From positions 1-20,496 of the forward strand of contig JAUWOR010000013.1 of assembly GCA_030612025.1 (NCBI GenBank): a stretch of 20,496 nucleotides of DNA, in the 5' to 3' direction. The position numbers and the translations under genes were made by a program. Numbering within the stretch: the stretch's first letter is position 1; each line of letters opens with the position of its first letter. Of the stretch, positions 6,957 through 16,229 are shown one piece after another. The DNA is from Dehalococcoidia bacterium (GTDB taxonomy: Bacteria > Chloroflexota > Dehalococcoidia > GIF9 > AB-539-J10). The notes below the pieces were generated by a model. That model was not told the DNA's origin and did not search any database. It was given only the letters and a program-made list of their open reading frames with translations.

Positions 6957-8243
6957 ATGAATATCGTCGTTGTAGGCGCTGGCTATGTTGGCTTGGTAGC
7001 TGCCTGTTGCTTGGCAAATTCAGGACACCGGGTAACCTGCGTAGAAGCCAATGAAGCCAAGCTAAAACTTCTGAATCAAGGTTTAAGCCCTATCCAGGAA
7101 AAGGGCATTGACCAACTACATAAACAGGGTCTATCATCAAGCAAATTATCCTTTGTTCCGTCTCTTCCAAAGCCACTTCAAGCTGATATAGTGATGATAA
7201 CCGTGGGCACTCCTTCCTTGTCCAGCGGTGCTGCTGACCTCTCCTATATTTATCAAGTTGCCGCTGAGCTAAGAGATGCCGCCCAGCACCCCTTAATCTT
7301 AGCCATGAAGAGCACTGTCCCCCCAGGCACTGGAGTTAAGCTAACGCAACGCTACTTTAAAGGCACACCAGTTACTTATGTTGCCAACCCTGAGTTTCTG
7401 CGTGAGGGACAGGCCATTGAGGATTGGTACCACCCCAGCCGTATCATCATTGGAGCCGATGATAAAGAAATAGCGGAAAAGGTCCGGCAGCTTTATTGTG
7501 ACATTGACGCCCCCGTGCTTATCACCGACATCACCAGCGCGGAAACGATAAAGTATGCTGCCAACGCCTTCCTGGTAACTAAGATTTCATTTATCAATGA
7601 AATCGCCAACCTTTGCGAAGCCATAGATGCCAACATTGATGATGTGGCTAAAGGCATAGGGCTTGACCCGCGTATTGGACCTGACTTCCTCCGTGCTGGA
7701 CTGGGCTACGGTGGTTCTTGCTTTCCCAAAGATGCCCGTGCCCTCGACTTCTCTGCCCTGAATAAAGGCTATGACCTCAGGTTGCTCAAGGCAACCATTG
7801 AAGTAAATACCAAGCAGCGAATCCTGGCGGTTCACAAGCTCAAGCAACTTTTAGGGGGCCTGGCAGGAAAGGAAATCGCCTTACTTGGCTTATCCTTCAA
7901 GCCTGACACCGATGATGTCCGGGAAGCCCCTTCTCTGGACATCGCTTACCTGCTTCATGAAGAGGGTGCTAGACTCCGTGTTTATGACCCTGCAGCGATG
8001 GAAAACGCCAAGCCTTTTTTACCCCCAGGTGTAGCCTTTGCCTCAGATATTTATTCAGCCACCGCTGGCACCAATGCCGTTATCTTAGTTACCGAGTGGC
8101 AGGAATTTATCCAGGCTGATTGGCAAGCTATCAAAGAGCAGATGAAGGACCCTTATGTTGTATTTGATGGTCGCAATGCCTTAGCCCGGGATAAGTTTAG
8201 AGCTTTGGGCTTTAGGTATGTAGGAGTGGGACGAAGGTTATGA
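6957..8243 (+). CDS. ugd: UDP-glucose/GDP-mannose dehydrogenase family
   Basis: GAGYVG, KSTVPPGT, NPEFLREG, GYGGSCFPKD (catalytic Cys), FKPDTDDVREAP, DGRN. Confidence 0.95.
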   Translation: MNIVVVGAGYVGLVAACCLANSGHRVTCVEANEAKLKLLNQGLSPIQEKGIDQLHKQGLSSSKLSFVPSLPKPLQADIVMITVGTPSLSSGAADLSYIYQVAAELRDAAQHPLILAMKSTVPPGTGVKLTQRYFKGTPVTYVANPEFLREGQAIEDWYHPSRIIIGADDKEIAEKVRQLYCDIDAPVLITDITSAETIKYAANAFLVTKISFINEIANLCEAIDANIDDVAKGIGLDPRIGPDFLRAGLGYGGSCFPKDARALDFSALNKGYDLRLLKATIEVNTKQRILAVHKLKQLLGGLAGKEIALLGLSFKPDTDDVREAPSLDIAYLLHEEGARLRVYDPAAMENAKPFLPPGVAFASDIYSATAGTNAVILVTEWQEFIQADWQAIKEQMKDPYVVFDGRNALARDKFRALGFRYVGVGRRL

Positions 8244-8300
8244 GATCATTTTAACATGATTATTTTCCGATGTAGTGCGACCAATTTAGAAAACACAATT

Positions 8301-8334
8301 CCTCTCCCTTGAAGGGAGAGGATAGGTGAGGGTG
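8301..8334. repeat. Second CCTCTCCCTTGAAGGGAGAGG palindrome
   Basis: 21 bp identical to 6850-6870, followed by the same AGGTGAGGGTG tail. Confidence 0.85.
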
Positions 8335-8388
8335 TCTTATAGTACCTTGCAAAAAATGGCTTCACTATGTCATCGCCGCTTTTCTCCC

Positions 8389-8421
8389 TTGTCATTGCGA
8401 GCCGAAGGCGTGGCAATCTCA
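8389..8421 (+). repeat. Left half of the GTCATTGCGAG palindromic element
   Basis: TTGTCATTGCGAGCCGAAGGCGTGGCAATCTCA, identical to 5958-5990. Confidence 0.9.
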
Positions 8422-8499
8422 CGAGTCCTCAGCACAAAAACCAGCTTCTGGAAAAATAGCCTCCCTTTATGTGATAATCCAGGGTAAACCGAAGCGGTC

Positions 8500-10005
8500 A
8501 TGCATCTCAATATAAAGGAAAGAGCCAAGAATCTACTCCAGCCAGGTGAGGGCTTATACCAGCGCACAGTACGAAGTGGCGCCTGGGCATTTGCCCTCAG
8601 GATAACCGAGCAGGTATTCAGCATAGCAAGGCTGATTATTTTGGCTCGCGTTCTTGCCCCTAACGACTTTGGCTTGATGGGGATTGCTTTGCTCGCTATG
8701 ATGGCCCTGGAAACCTTCTCCCAGAGCGGTTTTCAACAGGCTCTCATCCAGAAGAAAGAAAATATCAAGGATTACCTTGATGCTGCCTGGACAGTTTCAG
8801 CTCTGCGTGGTCTTGTTCTATTCGCTGTTCTATTCTTCCTTGCCCCTTATGTCGCTATATTCTTCAAGGCACCGATAGCCACACCCCTCATACGAGTTGT
8901 TGGTCTCGCTGCCCTTTTGCAAGGCTTAACCAACATTGGAGTGCTTTACTTCCAGAAGGAGCTGGAATTTAACAAACAATTCATTTACCGAGCTAGCGGC
9001 ACATTAGCCGATTTTGTTGTAGCCGTTTCTGCTGCTTTAATATTAAAAAGCGTCTGGGCTCTGGTATTTGGCTTGCTTGCCGGCAACTTTGTCAGGCTAG
9101 TAGTAAGCTACTTGGTTCACCCCTATCGTCCCCATTTTAAGCTGGACATGGCTAAGACTAAAGAGCTTTTCGGCTTCGGAAAGTGGATACTTGGCTCAAG
9201 CATCTTAGTGTTCCTGATTACCCAAGGCGACGATATTTTCGTCGGGAAGCTGCTGGGTGTGACTCTCCTTGGCTTCTACCAGATGGCTTACCGAATTTCC
9301 AATGCCCCGGCCACAGAGATAACACATGTGGTTTCTCAGGTAACCTTCCCTGCCTACTCCAAGCTACAAGACAACCTCCCCGGTCTAAGGGAAGGTTATC
9401 TTAAAACGCTCCAGCTCACCGCTTTTATATCTATTCCCTTAGCTGCCGGGATATTTATATTAGCTCCAGAATTTACTACAATATTTCTGACTGAAAAGTG
9501 GATACCTATGGTTCCAGCAATGCAAGTACTAGCTTTAGCAGGGCTAATGAGGTCCATACAAGCTACAACAGGTCCTATATTTTATGCTGTCGGAAAACCC
9601 CGAATAGAGACTAGATGGCAGGTTGTTCGCTTGGTAGTGTTAGCAGCTTCAATTTATCCTTTAACCTTCTATTGGGGGATATTAGGCGCTTCAATAGGTG
9701 TATGTTTGAGCACCTTAATATCAACCATAGGATTTAGTTTTATGGTTATAAATGTCACAAGATGTGGAATTAAAAACTTTGGTAAAATTATAATCTTGCC
9801 TTTAGTAAGTGGAGTAATCATGGTGTCAGCTATATTTGCTTTAAAGGCCAGTGTTAATACAGTAGGCATTCGGGAATTCCTCTTATTTGCTGCGCTGGGC
9901 ATTTTAGCCTATCTTACTATAACTTTCCTGCAAGATAAATTTTCAAGGTATGGAATGCTATTACTTGTAAAGGAGTCCCTAGCTTCGTTTCGGGGGACAA
10001 GATGA
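8500..10005 (+). CDS. Wzx/WzxC-like polysaccharide flippase (MOP superfamily)
   Basis: 501-aa polytopic protein: ILARVLAPNDFGL, ALIQK, KELEF, DDIFVGKLLG..LGFYQMAY, VTFPAYSKLQ. Confidence 0.9.
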   Translation: MHLNIKERAKNLLQPGEGLYQRTVRSGAWAFALRITEQVFSIARLIILARVLAPNDFGLMGIALLAMMALETFSQSGFQQALIQKKENIKDYLDAAWTVSALRGLVLFAVLFFLAPYVAIFFKAPIATPLIRVVGLAALLQGLTNIGVLYFQKELEFNKQFIYRASGTLADFVVAVSAALILKSVWALVFGLLAGNFVRLVVSYLVHPYRPHFKLDMAKTKELFGFGKWILGSSILVFLITQGDDIFVGKLLGVTLLGFYQMAYRISNAPATEITHVVSQVTFPAYSKLQDNLPGLREGYLKTLQLTAFISIPLAAGIFILAPEFTTIFLTEKWIPMVPAMQVLALAGLMRSIQATTGPIFYAVGKPRIETRWQVVRLVVLAASIYPLTFYWGILGASIGVCLSTLISTIGFSFMVINVTRCGIKNFGKIIILPLVSGVIMVSAIFALKASVNTVGIREFLLFAALGILAYLTITFLQDKFSRYGMLLLVKESLASFRGTR

Positions 10006-10658
10006 ACATTATAAGGAACTTGCTAAGGATACTTTGGCAAAGGCTTAGATTTGATCAAAAAAAGGAGTGGGATAGTATCGCATATTCTTATTTGGAGGAT
10101 TGTAATCATATTTTAGATATAGGTTGCGGGGAAGGCAGATTTATCCTTCAAAGCCCTGAGCGAATAATAGGGATAGACTGGAATCCTGAGTCCCTAAAAA
10201 AATGTAGGAAGCTGCGATATAATGTTATTCAAGGAGATGTAAAAGCTTTACCTTTCCAAGATGAATCCTTTTCTGGTATACATTGCTCGCATGTTATAGA
10301 ACACTTTCTGCCATCTGATGTACATAATATCCTTTCCAATTTCAATAGGATTATTCGCCGTGATGGTATATTAGTAATCAGATCACCACTTTTATGGGAT
10401 GGATTCTACTCTGACCTTACTCATATCAGGCCTTATAATCCTGAAGCTATTATTCACTACCTAACTCCCTCAGAACAACATACTTTAGAACACATAAGTG
10501 GAGATTTTGAAATCATACAGTTAAAATGGCGTTATAAGCCCTTTCAAGTTAAAAATAAATATTTAAACGCTATATTTAACATCCTAAATAGATGGGGATT
10601 TCCATGGACTCAAAGAAACGGATACATGCTGGTTATGCGAAAACAGCGACATGACTGA
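10002..10658 (+). CDS. Class I SAM-dependent methyltransferase
   Basis: [32 protein letters not shown]. Confidence 0.9.
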   Translation: MNIIRNLLRILWQRLRFDQKKEWDSIAYSYLEDCNHILDIGCGEGRFILQSPERIIGIDWNPESLKKCRKLRYNVIQGDVKALPFQDESFSGIHCSHVIEHFLPSDVHNILSNFNRIIRRDGILVIRSPLLWDGFYSDLTHIRPYNPEAIIHYLTPSEQHTLEHISGDFEIIQLKWRYKPFQVKNKYLNAIFNILNRWGFPWTQRNGYMLVMRKQRHD

Positions 10659-10815
10659 GAAAGTTCCCGAAGTTAGCGTAATTATCCCAACCTATAACCG
10701 AGCACATCTCTTGGGGCGTGCCATCCAGAGCGTGCTTGACCAGACCTACCAGGATTTTGAGATAATTGTCATTGATGATGGCTCTACGGATAATACGAAA
10801 GAGATAGTAAGGTAA
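10651..10815 (+). pseudogene. Orphan 5' stub (54 aa) of a GT2 glycosyltransferase
   Basis: [54 protein letters not shown]. This is a typical GT2 N-terminus, and no continuation was recognised downstream. Confidence 0.92.
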
Positions 10816-10820
10816 ACGCT

Positions 10821-11909
10821 ATGAAGATAACTTTTATTCTACCTGGTATTGGTGTAGCAGGAGGTCCAAGGTCAACATTTGAGATAGCAAATCGCCTACA
10901 AGAGCGTGGACATAAGGTTTCAGTGGTATATCCTCTAATACCGATAAGATCCGGGGCAAAATGGTACAACATTAAAAACCTGGCAGGTAGAGCACTAGGG
11001 TTAGCCGCAAATCTTAAGCAGGGCAACCATATAAGGTGGTTTGACCTGAAAGCCAAACTAATAAGAGCGCCGACGCTCGCCGAGAAATATATTCCACAAG
11101 GGGATATAGTAGTAGCTACTTGGTGGGCAAATGCTTATGATGTTAACAGTTACGGGCTTGATAAGGGGAAGAAATTTTACTTTATCCGGCATTATGAAAC
11201 TTGGGGCGGGCCCGAGGATTTAGTTAACAGAACCTATACACTTCCGCTTCACAAAATAGTTACTTCAACATGGCTAAAGATCCTCATCGGGGGAAAATTC
11301 AATGTTTCAACCTTTGGCCCTGTTCCTAACGGCATCAACTTTAATCTGTTCTATAAATCGAGAGACAGCTTTGCGTGTCATAATCCCAAGCGAATAGGAA
11401 TGGTATACAGAAGAGCGAAGTGGAAGGGCATGGAGGACGGATTTAAGGCTTTTCACATAGCAAAAGAGAGATATCCAGATATTCAACTGGTTCTTTTTGG
11501 TGAGCGGAGAGGCAAGGAAGTACCCAAAGACGCAGAGCTTCATAAATTTCCTTCCTCAGATAAATTGAGGGAGCTTTATAATTCCCTGGATATTTTCCTC
11601 TTCCCTAGCCATTATGAAGGATTTGGCAATCCCCCTATGGAAGCGATGGCGTGTGGTGCTGCTTGTGTAGCAACAAATGTTGGAGCTGTGCCAGATTATA
11701 TTATTGATGGGAGAACTGGACTTCTGTGTTCACCGTATGCCCCGGAAAAGCTGGCAGAATGTTTAATACATCTACTCGAAGACGAAGAAAAACGGAAACA
11801 AATAGCCAAATCGGGGTATAGACATATACAGCGGTTTACTTGGGATAGGTCGGTAGAGCAGTTAGAGGAGACATTTAATCAAGCAAACCTCGGAGACCTT
11901 AAACCTTAG
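10821..11909 (+). CDS. GT4 glycosyltransferase
   Basis: MKITFILP...GG, DIVVATWW, EGFGNPPMEAMACG (EX7E). Confidence 0.92.
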   Translation: MKITFILPGIGVAGGPRSTFEIANRLQERGHKVSVVYPLIPIRSGAKWYNIKNLAGRALGLAANLKQGNHIRWFDLKAKLIRAPTLAEKYIPQGDIVVATWWANAYDVNSYGLDKGKKFYFIRHYETWGGPEDLVNRTYTLPLHKIVTSTWLKILIGGKFNVSTFGPVPNGINFNLFYKSRDSFACHNPKRIGMVYRRAKWKGMEDGFKAFHIAKERYPDIQLVLFGERRGKEVPKDAELHKFPSSDKLRELYNSLDIFLFPSHYEGFGNPPMEAMACGAACVATNVGAVPDYIIDGRTGLLCSPYAPEKLAECLIHLLEDEEKRKQIAKSGYRHIQRFTWDRSVEQLEETFNQANLGDLKP

Positions 11910-11941
11910 CATTATCCATCGGTTGGAGCAAAACGTGCTGC

Positions 11942-12277
11942 CTATCCGCCAGGTGCATAGGTAACGGTAATAGTGGCACTTACTGCCCCCTGTCCTTTTA
12001 ATGTAGCTACGATGGTGATAGTGTTTTCTCCTTCAATAAGGTCAATGCCACCAATGAAATAACCATTTTCCGCTACTACCACCGGGGTGTTATTAATGGT
12101 TATCTTGGCTGAAGAATCAGAAACTGCGCCCTTAACCCCAATAGGAGTGGCATAAACTCTCATGCCATCATAAGGCCAAGTAATTTCCACACTTAAACCA
12201 GCGTGACATCCCACAAGCGCTAAACACAACACAGGGATAATAAGAGCAATTCCCAATACTTTAAATATTTTAGTCAT
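11942..12277 (-). CDS. Putative lipoprotein with a single Ig-like beta-sandwich domain
   Basis: Signal peptide ending in lipobox LVG-C; ITWPYDG...VKGAVSD...ITINN...LIEGENTITIVAT. Confidence 0.75.
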   Translation of the reverse strand: MTKIFKVLGIALIIPVLCLALVGCHAGLSVEITWPYDGMRVYATPIGVKGAVSDSSAKITINNTPVVVAENGYFIGGIDLIEGENTITIVATLKGQGAVSATITVTYAPGG

Positions 12278-14661
12278 AATCTATTGGCGCTAAAATTTTG
12301 GCACCCCCATTATCATAGATTATGTTGCTATGTTCCAGCCTGCCAGCTAATACAGGCCTATTCATTAAGTGCACAGGCACATATACATGGTCAACTCCGT
12401 TAAACACACGCACACACACTTCCTTACGCTCTATATTCCAAGTTCTCAGGAAGATATAGGCATCATCTGGAATTTCCCCTGAAGGTGGTATTGTGCCAAC
12501 TCGTCCATAAAGTCGTTGGCTTAGCAGCGTAGCCCCATAAAAATCGGCATAAACTATGCACCTAGCAGGTAGATTTTCTGATAGCCAAGTGGCTGCAGCA
12601 ACTTCCTCCTGATTGAACAGGCCGGGGCCACCAATCCATTTTATATGGGCCTAATGATGGAGAGGCTGGCTGGCTGGTAAATGCGTAAATAAAGCCAGAG
12701 GTGAATAGAAAATACGGTATAAGTATAGCTAATGCCAAGAACACTAAACAATAATTTGAATTGCTACTAAGATTGTTTATTTTGTCGCCTTCGGCGTCAC
12801 CAGATTGCTTCGTCGAGTCCCCTTGCTTTGCTTGGGACAAGCCTCGCAATGACAAACAACCTAGCTCTTTCTTAAGTTTCACCCTGGAGACAAACTTGAA
12901 TAGCCTAGATGCTCCTTGCCATACAGCTTCGCCACCCACAATACAAAGTGGCGCTAAGAGAAATAAGCTGATCTGATAGAATCTAGTGAAACCAAGGTGG
13001 GCAGAGAATCGAGGTAAAACTATACAGGCAAGTAGAATCAGAGCTGCTCCCATAGTTAGGGCGACAAATTCCGGTCTGAATTTGAATCTTTTGGGCCTAA
13101 AAATCATCCAGAAAAAACCAACCACGATGAATAGCTCGGTTATATACTGGAATATTCTGAAGATTTTGCTTAAGCTCGTAGCTTGGGGAAAACCGTAACC
13201 AAGACCAGCCTTAACTATGCTTTCTCTTTCCGGGGATTCAAAGAATTTGGTAACAGGTGATAGCTCAGTTGGTTCAGTTGGCTCACTTGGCGCCACAGTT
13301 AATAGAGAGTATTGCGATTGCCCAATGCCTCGTATGGTATTCAGCGCTGCCCCCTGTGCAATGCCTCCATACCAGCCTAAGGCGACAACCAGATATACAC
13401 AAACTATTACTGCCATGATTTTGTGCGGGAAGGCTCCCTGGGAAGCTATCTGCGGCAAGCCACCAAATTTATGAATTAACCATCCCCGGGCTCTTTTGCC
13501 AGCATGGCTTCTTATTAAAGCCATTATTATCCAAGCACTGACTAAAAGTGTAAAGCAAATATAGCCCAAGGCATAGTGTGACATTATCAAAGATATAGCG
13601 AAGATAATTGCTAGAGTTGCCCTTTGATTTAAGGCTAGCTTTCGCTCAATCAAAAGCAATATCAGCAGAGCGAAAAACATTGCTGCAATGCCCCCCCTAG
13701 CTACGCAGACCATCACAAGAACAAGAGAGGGTATTGCCACGAAGAAAAAGACAGCTAGGAAAGCTCTTTTAGCTGCAATTTGCTCACGAAAGATGTGGAA
13801 TAGAGCCAAAGGTGCGAGGCAGAAGATAAGAGGATATATAATCTTAAATACCCATATGGCATCCATATTGAGCATTAAGGCATATACGGGAGATAAGAAA
13901 ATGATGCTCAGACAAGTGTTATAGTTATGCGGTAGAGTAAAATCCCAATAGCCATTTTGAAGCACAATATGCTGGAAATAGTATTCGACTGAGATATCAG
14001 AGCCATACAATGTAGAGGAGATAAGAGACAAGTGAAATAAAAGGCCTATAGCAATCATTGCTATTGCCCAGGGATAGGCATTTTTGGGCAACCTATCGAA
14101 GGCGACTAAAGCTACCACGCAGGCAATAATCGCTATGAGAAACAGAAGCACAAAATTATTGTGATAGGCATTAACCAAATATGTTCCGAAGATGGCAAGG
14201 ATGGGCAGCAAAAGTAAGAGTAAGTAAGGGAGCGAAAACAGCTCTCTTATATTGAAGCGCATCGGCACTGCCGAGAAATCTCTATCTCGCTTATAAGCTA
14301 CGCCACCGAGTATCAAGGTAAAGATAGCCAGGGTAGCTGTTACAGGGAAAGTAGAAATAGGCTTAGAAACACCCATAAGGGGCAAGACAAAATTGGCAAA
14401 TAACCCAGCAATGTAAATGAAGGCGATGCTCAAGCCCACTGAATACAGCAGGCTTTCTACCACGCTGACATTATGAACTTTGAGAACTCTCAGAATGAGG
14501 ATGCCGGGGATAAAGGTAAGGAAGATAAAGCCGACAATTTGCCTTAAACCTGGAATATCAAAGCCTAAGGTGGCCAGTCCAATTAAGCCAACGGCAGCTA
14601 GCAAAGTGGCCAATGCTAATCGCAGACACTTCTTGATTTCCCAATCGTTAGGTGGGGTCAT
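12270..14661 (-). pseudogene. DUF2206-like polytopic membrane protein with one +1 frameshift near 12624-12627
   Basis: 699-aa hydrophobic ORF (GSDISVEYY, NYNTCLSI, WVFKIIYP, SHYAL). The +1 frame continues GLFNQEEVAAATWL...VYAD...YIFLRTWN...IYDNGGAKIL to a TAA at 12270 that overlaps the next gene's ATG. Confidence 0.8.
12801..12855 (-). repeat. GTCATTGCGAG-family element inside the DUF2206-like reading frame
   Basis: The minus strand reads TTGTCATTGCGAGG-cttgtcccaagcaaagcaaggggactcgac-GAAGCAATCTG. Confidence 0.8.
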
Positions 14662-14755
14662 TACTAAATAGACTCAGTTGTTCTATTGCTCTGGCTCTTC
14701 AAAGCTATTATACTACCATAAAGTTGTAGCATATAGATAGGCCAAAAGACAAGAA

Positions 14756-14851
14756 ATGAGCTATCCCAAAGTCTTTATCATAATCCTCAACTGGAACGGG
14801 CTTGAGGATATGAACAGCCTGCTACTCTATCACACTTGGTTATTGGTCTAG
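14756..14851 (+). pseudogene. Orphan 5' stub of the GT2 gene at 16230
   Basis: MSYPKVFIIILNWNGLED then unrelated sequence. Bases 14777-14810 are identical (34 bp) to 16254-16287. Confidence 0.9.
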
Positions 14852-14856
14852 GCGAA

Positions 14857-15111
14857 ATGGACTTTCAATTAATATGTCCTACGTGTAAAAGTCGACTTGG
14901 AGAAAACAAAGTGTACGAAGGCTGTGGCAAGACATATGTCTGGCTTGAGGAAGGTAGATTGGTTTCGTTTCAAGTTGACTGCGACCGATTTTACCGGAGG
15001 TATGTATGTCCGCACTACTACAGATATACCCCCAATCGGAACGATATCTTCAATGCGGATATAAACAAGTTAGCCGAAATTGAGAAAAAAAACTCAATTA
15101 GGGGGGTGTAA
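14857..15111 (+). CDS. Small protein or gene remnant with a Trm112-like CPxC N-terminus
   Basis: MDFQLICPTCKSRL....EGCGKTY resembles the Zn-ribbon found at the front of some methyltransferases. The second CxxC is incomplete and there is no SAM motif, so it may be an internally deleted gene. Confidence 0.4.
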   Translation: MDFQLICPTCKSRLGENKVYEGCGKTYVWLEEGRLVSFQVDCDRFYRRYVCPHYYRYTPNRNDIFNADINKLAEIEKKNSIRGV

Positions 15112-15133
15112 ATGATTAAGAAGTTTTATATTA

Positions 15134-16084
15134 ATGATGATGTTTAGAAAGGCTATCACGGATAAATACACTCAAAGAACTAAAATCTGGTTAGATGAGC
15201 GTTTTAAAAAGTGTGATGAACATGGAATATATTATGCCCATCAACCCATATATGGTTTTCGGAAAGGCCATAGTGAGCCAGGTCTTATTGATAGGTATAT
15301 TCGAATCTACCACATAATGAGAGCACTTTCACATTTAAGGTTTGATTCTCTTTTGGATGTAGGGTCAGCCGAAGGTTACAAAGCATATATTGCAAAGAAA
15401 CTATTTAATGTAAAGGGGAAATGCTGTGATCTTTCTGAAGAGGCTTGTAAGAGAGCTGAAGAAATTTTTTATATAGAATCAACACCTGCCGATATTCATG
15501 ACTTACCATTCAAGAATAATGAGTTTGATGTTGTTTTGTGCAGTGAGACTTTAGAACATGTAGCCGATTTACATAAAGCTGTTGATGAACTACTAAGAGT
15601 TGCCGGTAAGGCAGTAGTAATCACGGTACCTCATGAGCCTAAGGAAGTTATTGACAAGAATATCAAAGAAGAAATTCCTCACGGTCATATCCATAGTTTT
15701 GACTTAGAGAGCTTTAATTTTTTGAAGTCAGAGGGTTGTCATATTCTTAGTAGAAGAATAATTAGTCCGTTATTAGAGATTCCTTCTGTTCTAATAGAAG
15801 CAATGCCGCGAGAATATCATAAAAATATGAAATATCCGAAAATATTTATAGATATCTATAATACTTGTGTGCCCATTTTAAGAAAACTCTTTGGTAAAAC
15901 AACAGCAGCTTTTCTAATCCGATTGGATGATTTTGTTTTAAAATTTACATCTTCCTACAATGCAATTTTATTTATAATTCTGAAAGATAACAGTGCTAAC
16001 AGAAAAGAACAAATTTTAAATATCTCAGCATATCGGATTATAAATTTTGCAGTTCCCTATCATTATCTGAAGAAAAATGGTTAG
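15134..16084 (+). CDS. Class I SAM-dependent methyltransferase
   Basis: LLDVGSAEG, DIHDLPFKNNEFDVVLCSETLEHV, VITVP; AT-rich. Confidence 0.88.
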   Translation: MMMFRKAITDKYTQRTKIWLDERFKKCDEHGIYYAHQPIYGFRKGHSEPGLIDRYIRIYHIMRALSHLRFDSLLDVGSAEGYKAYIAKKLFNVKGKCCDLSEEACKRAEEIFYIESTPADIHDLPFKNNEFDVVLCSETLEHVADLHKAVDELLRVAGKAVVITVPHEPKEVIDKNIKEEIPHGHIHSFDLESFNFLKSEGCHILSRRIISPLLEIPSVLIEAMPREYHKNMKYPKIFIDIYNTCVPILRKLFGKTTAAFLIRLDDFVLKFTSSYNAILFIILKDNSANRKEQILNISAYRIINFAVPYHYLKKNG

Positions 16085-16229
16085 ATTGAACAAGGTTATA
16101 TTGTCGCCTTTTTCTCAATTCCTCGGCTACTTCGTAGCCTTGCCTTTCAGGTCGCCTAACACGGGCTTTGCGGCCCACTCCACTAGACAATGGACAGGGT
16201 TTAATGGTATTTTGCCAGAAGGCATAGAA

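Noticed and set aside
13264-13290. 9-bp repeat encoding PSEPTEPTE in the DUF2206-like gene
   Set aside because: Three degenerate in-frame units fit an ordinary Pro/Glu linker, and similarity to the CAACYATCT arrays is weak.
16121-16180. Integron attC-like site (GCCTAAC at 16154) and small hairpins GGCTAC-TTC-GTAGCC and GGGC-TTTGCG-GCCC
   Set aside because: There is no complementary GTTAGGC right end downstream, no similar sites after other genes and no integrase. The hairpins lack a U-tract, so they were not called terminators.
16077-16229. 51-aa N-terminal extension of the GT2 in the ORF track
   Set aside because: The GT2 motif begins at ATG 16230, the stub copy starts at the equivalent position, and the extension spans hairpins and a possible promoter.
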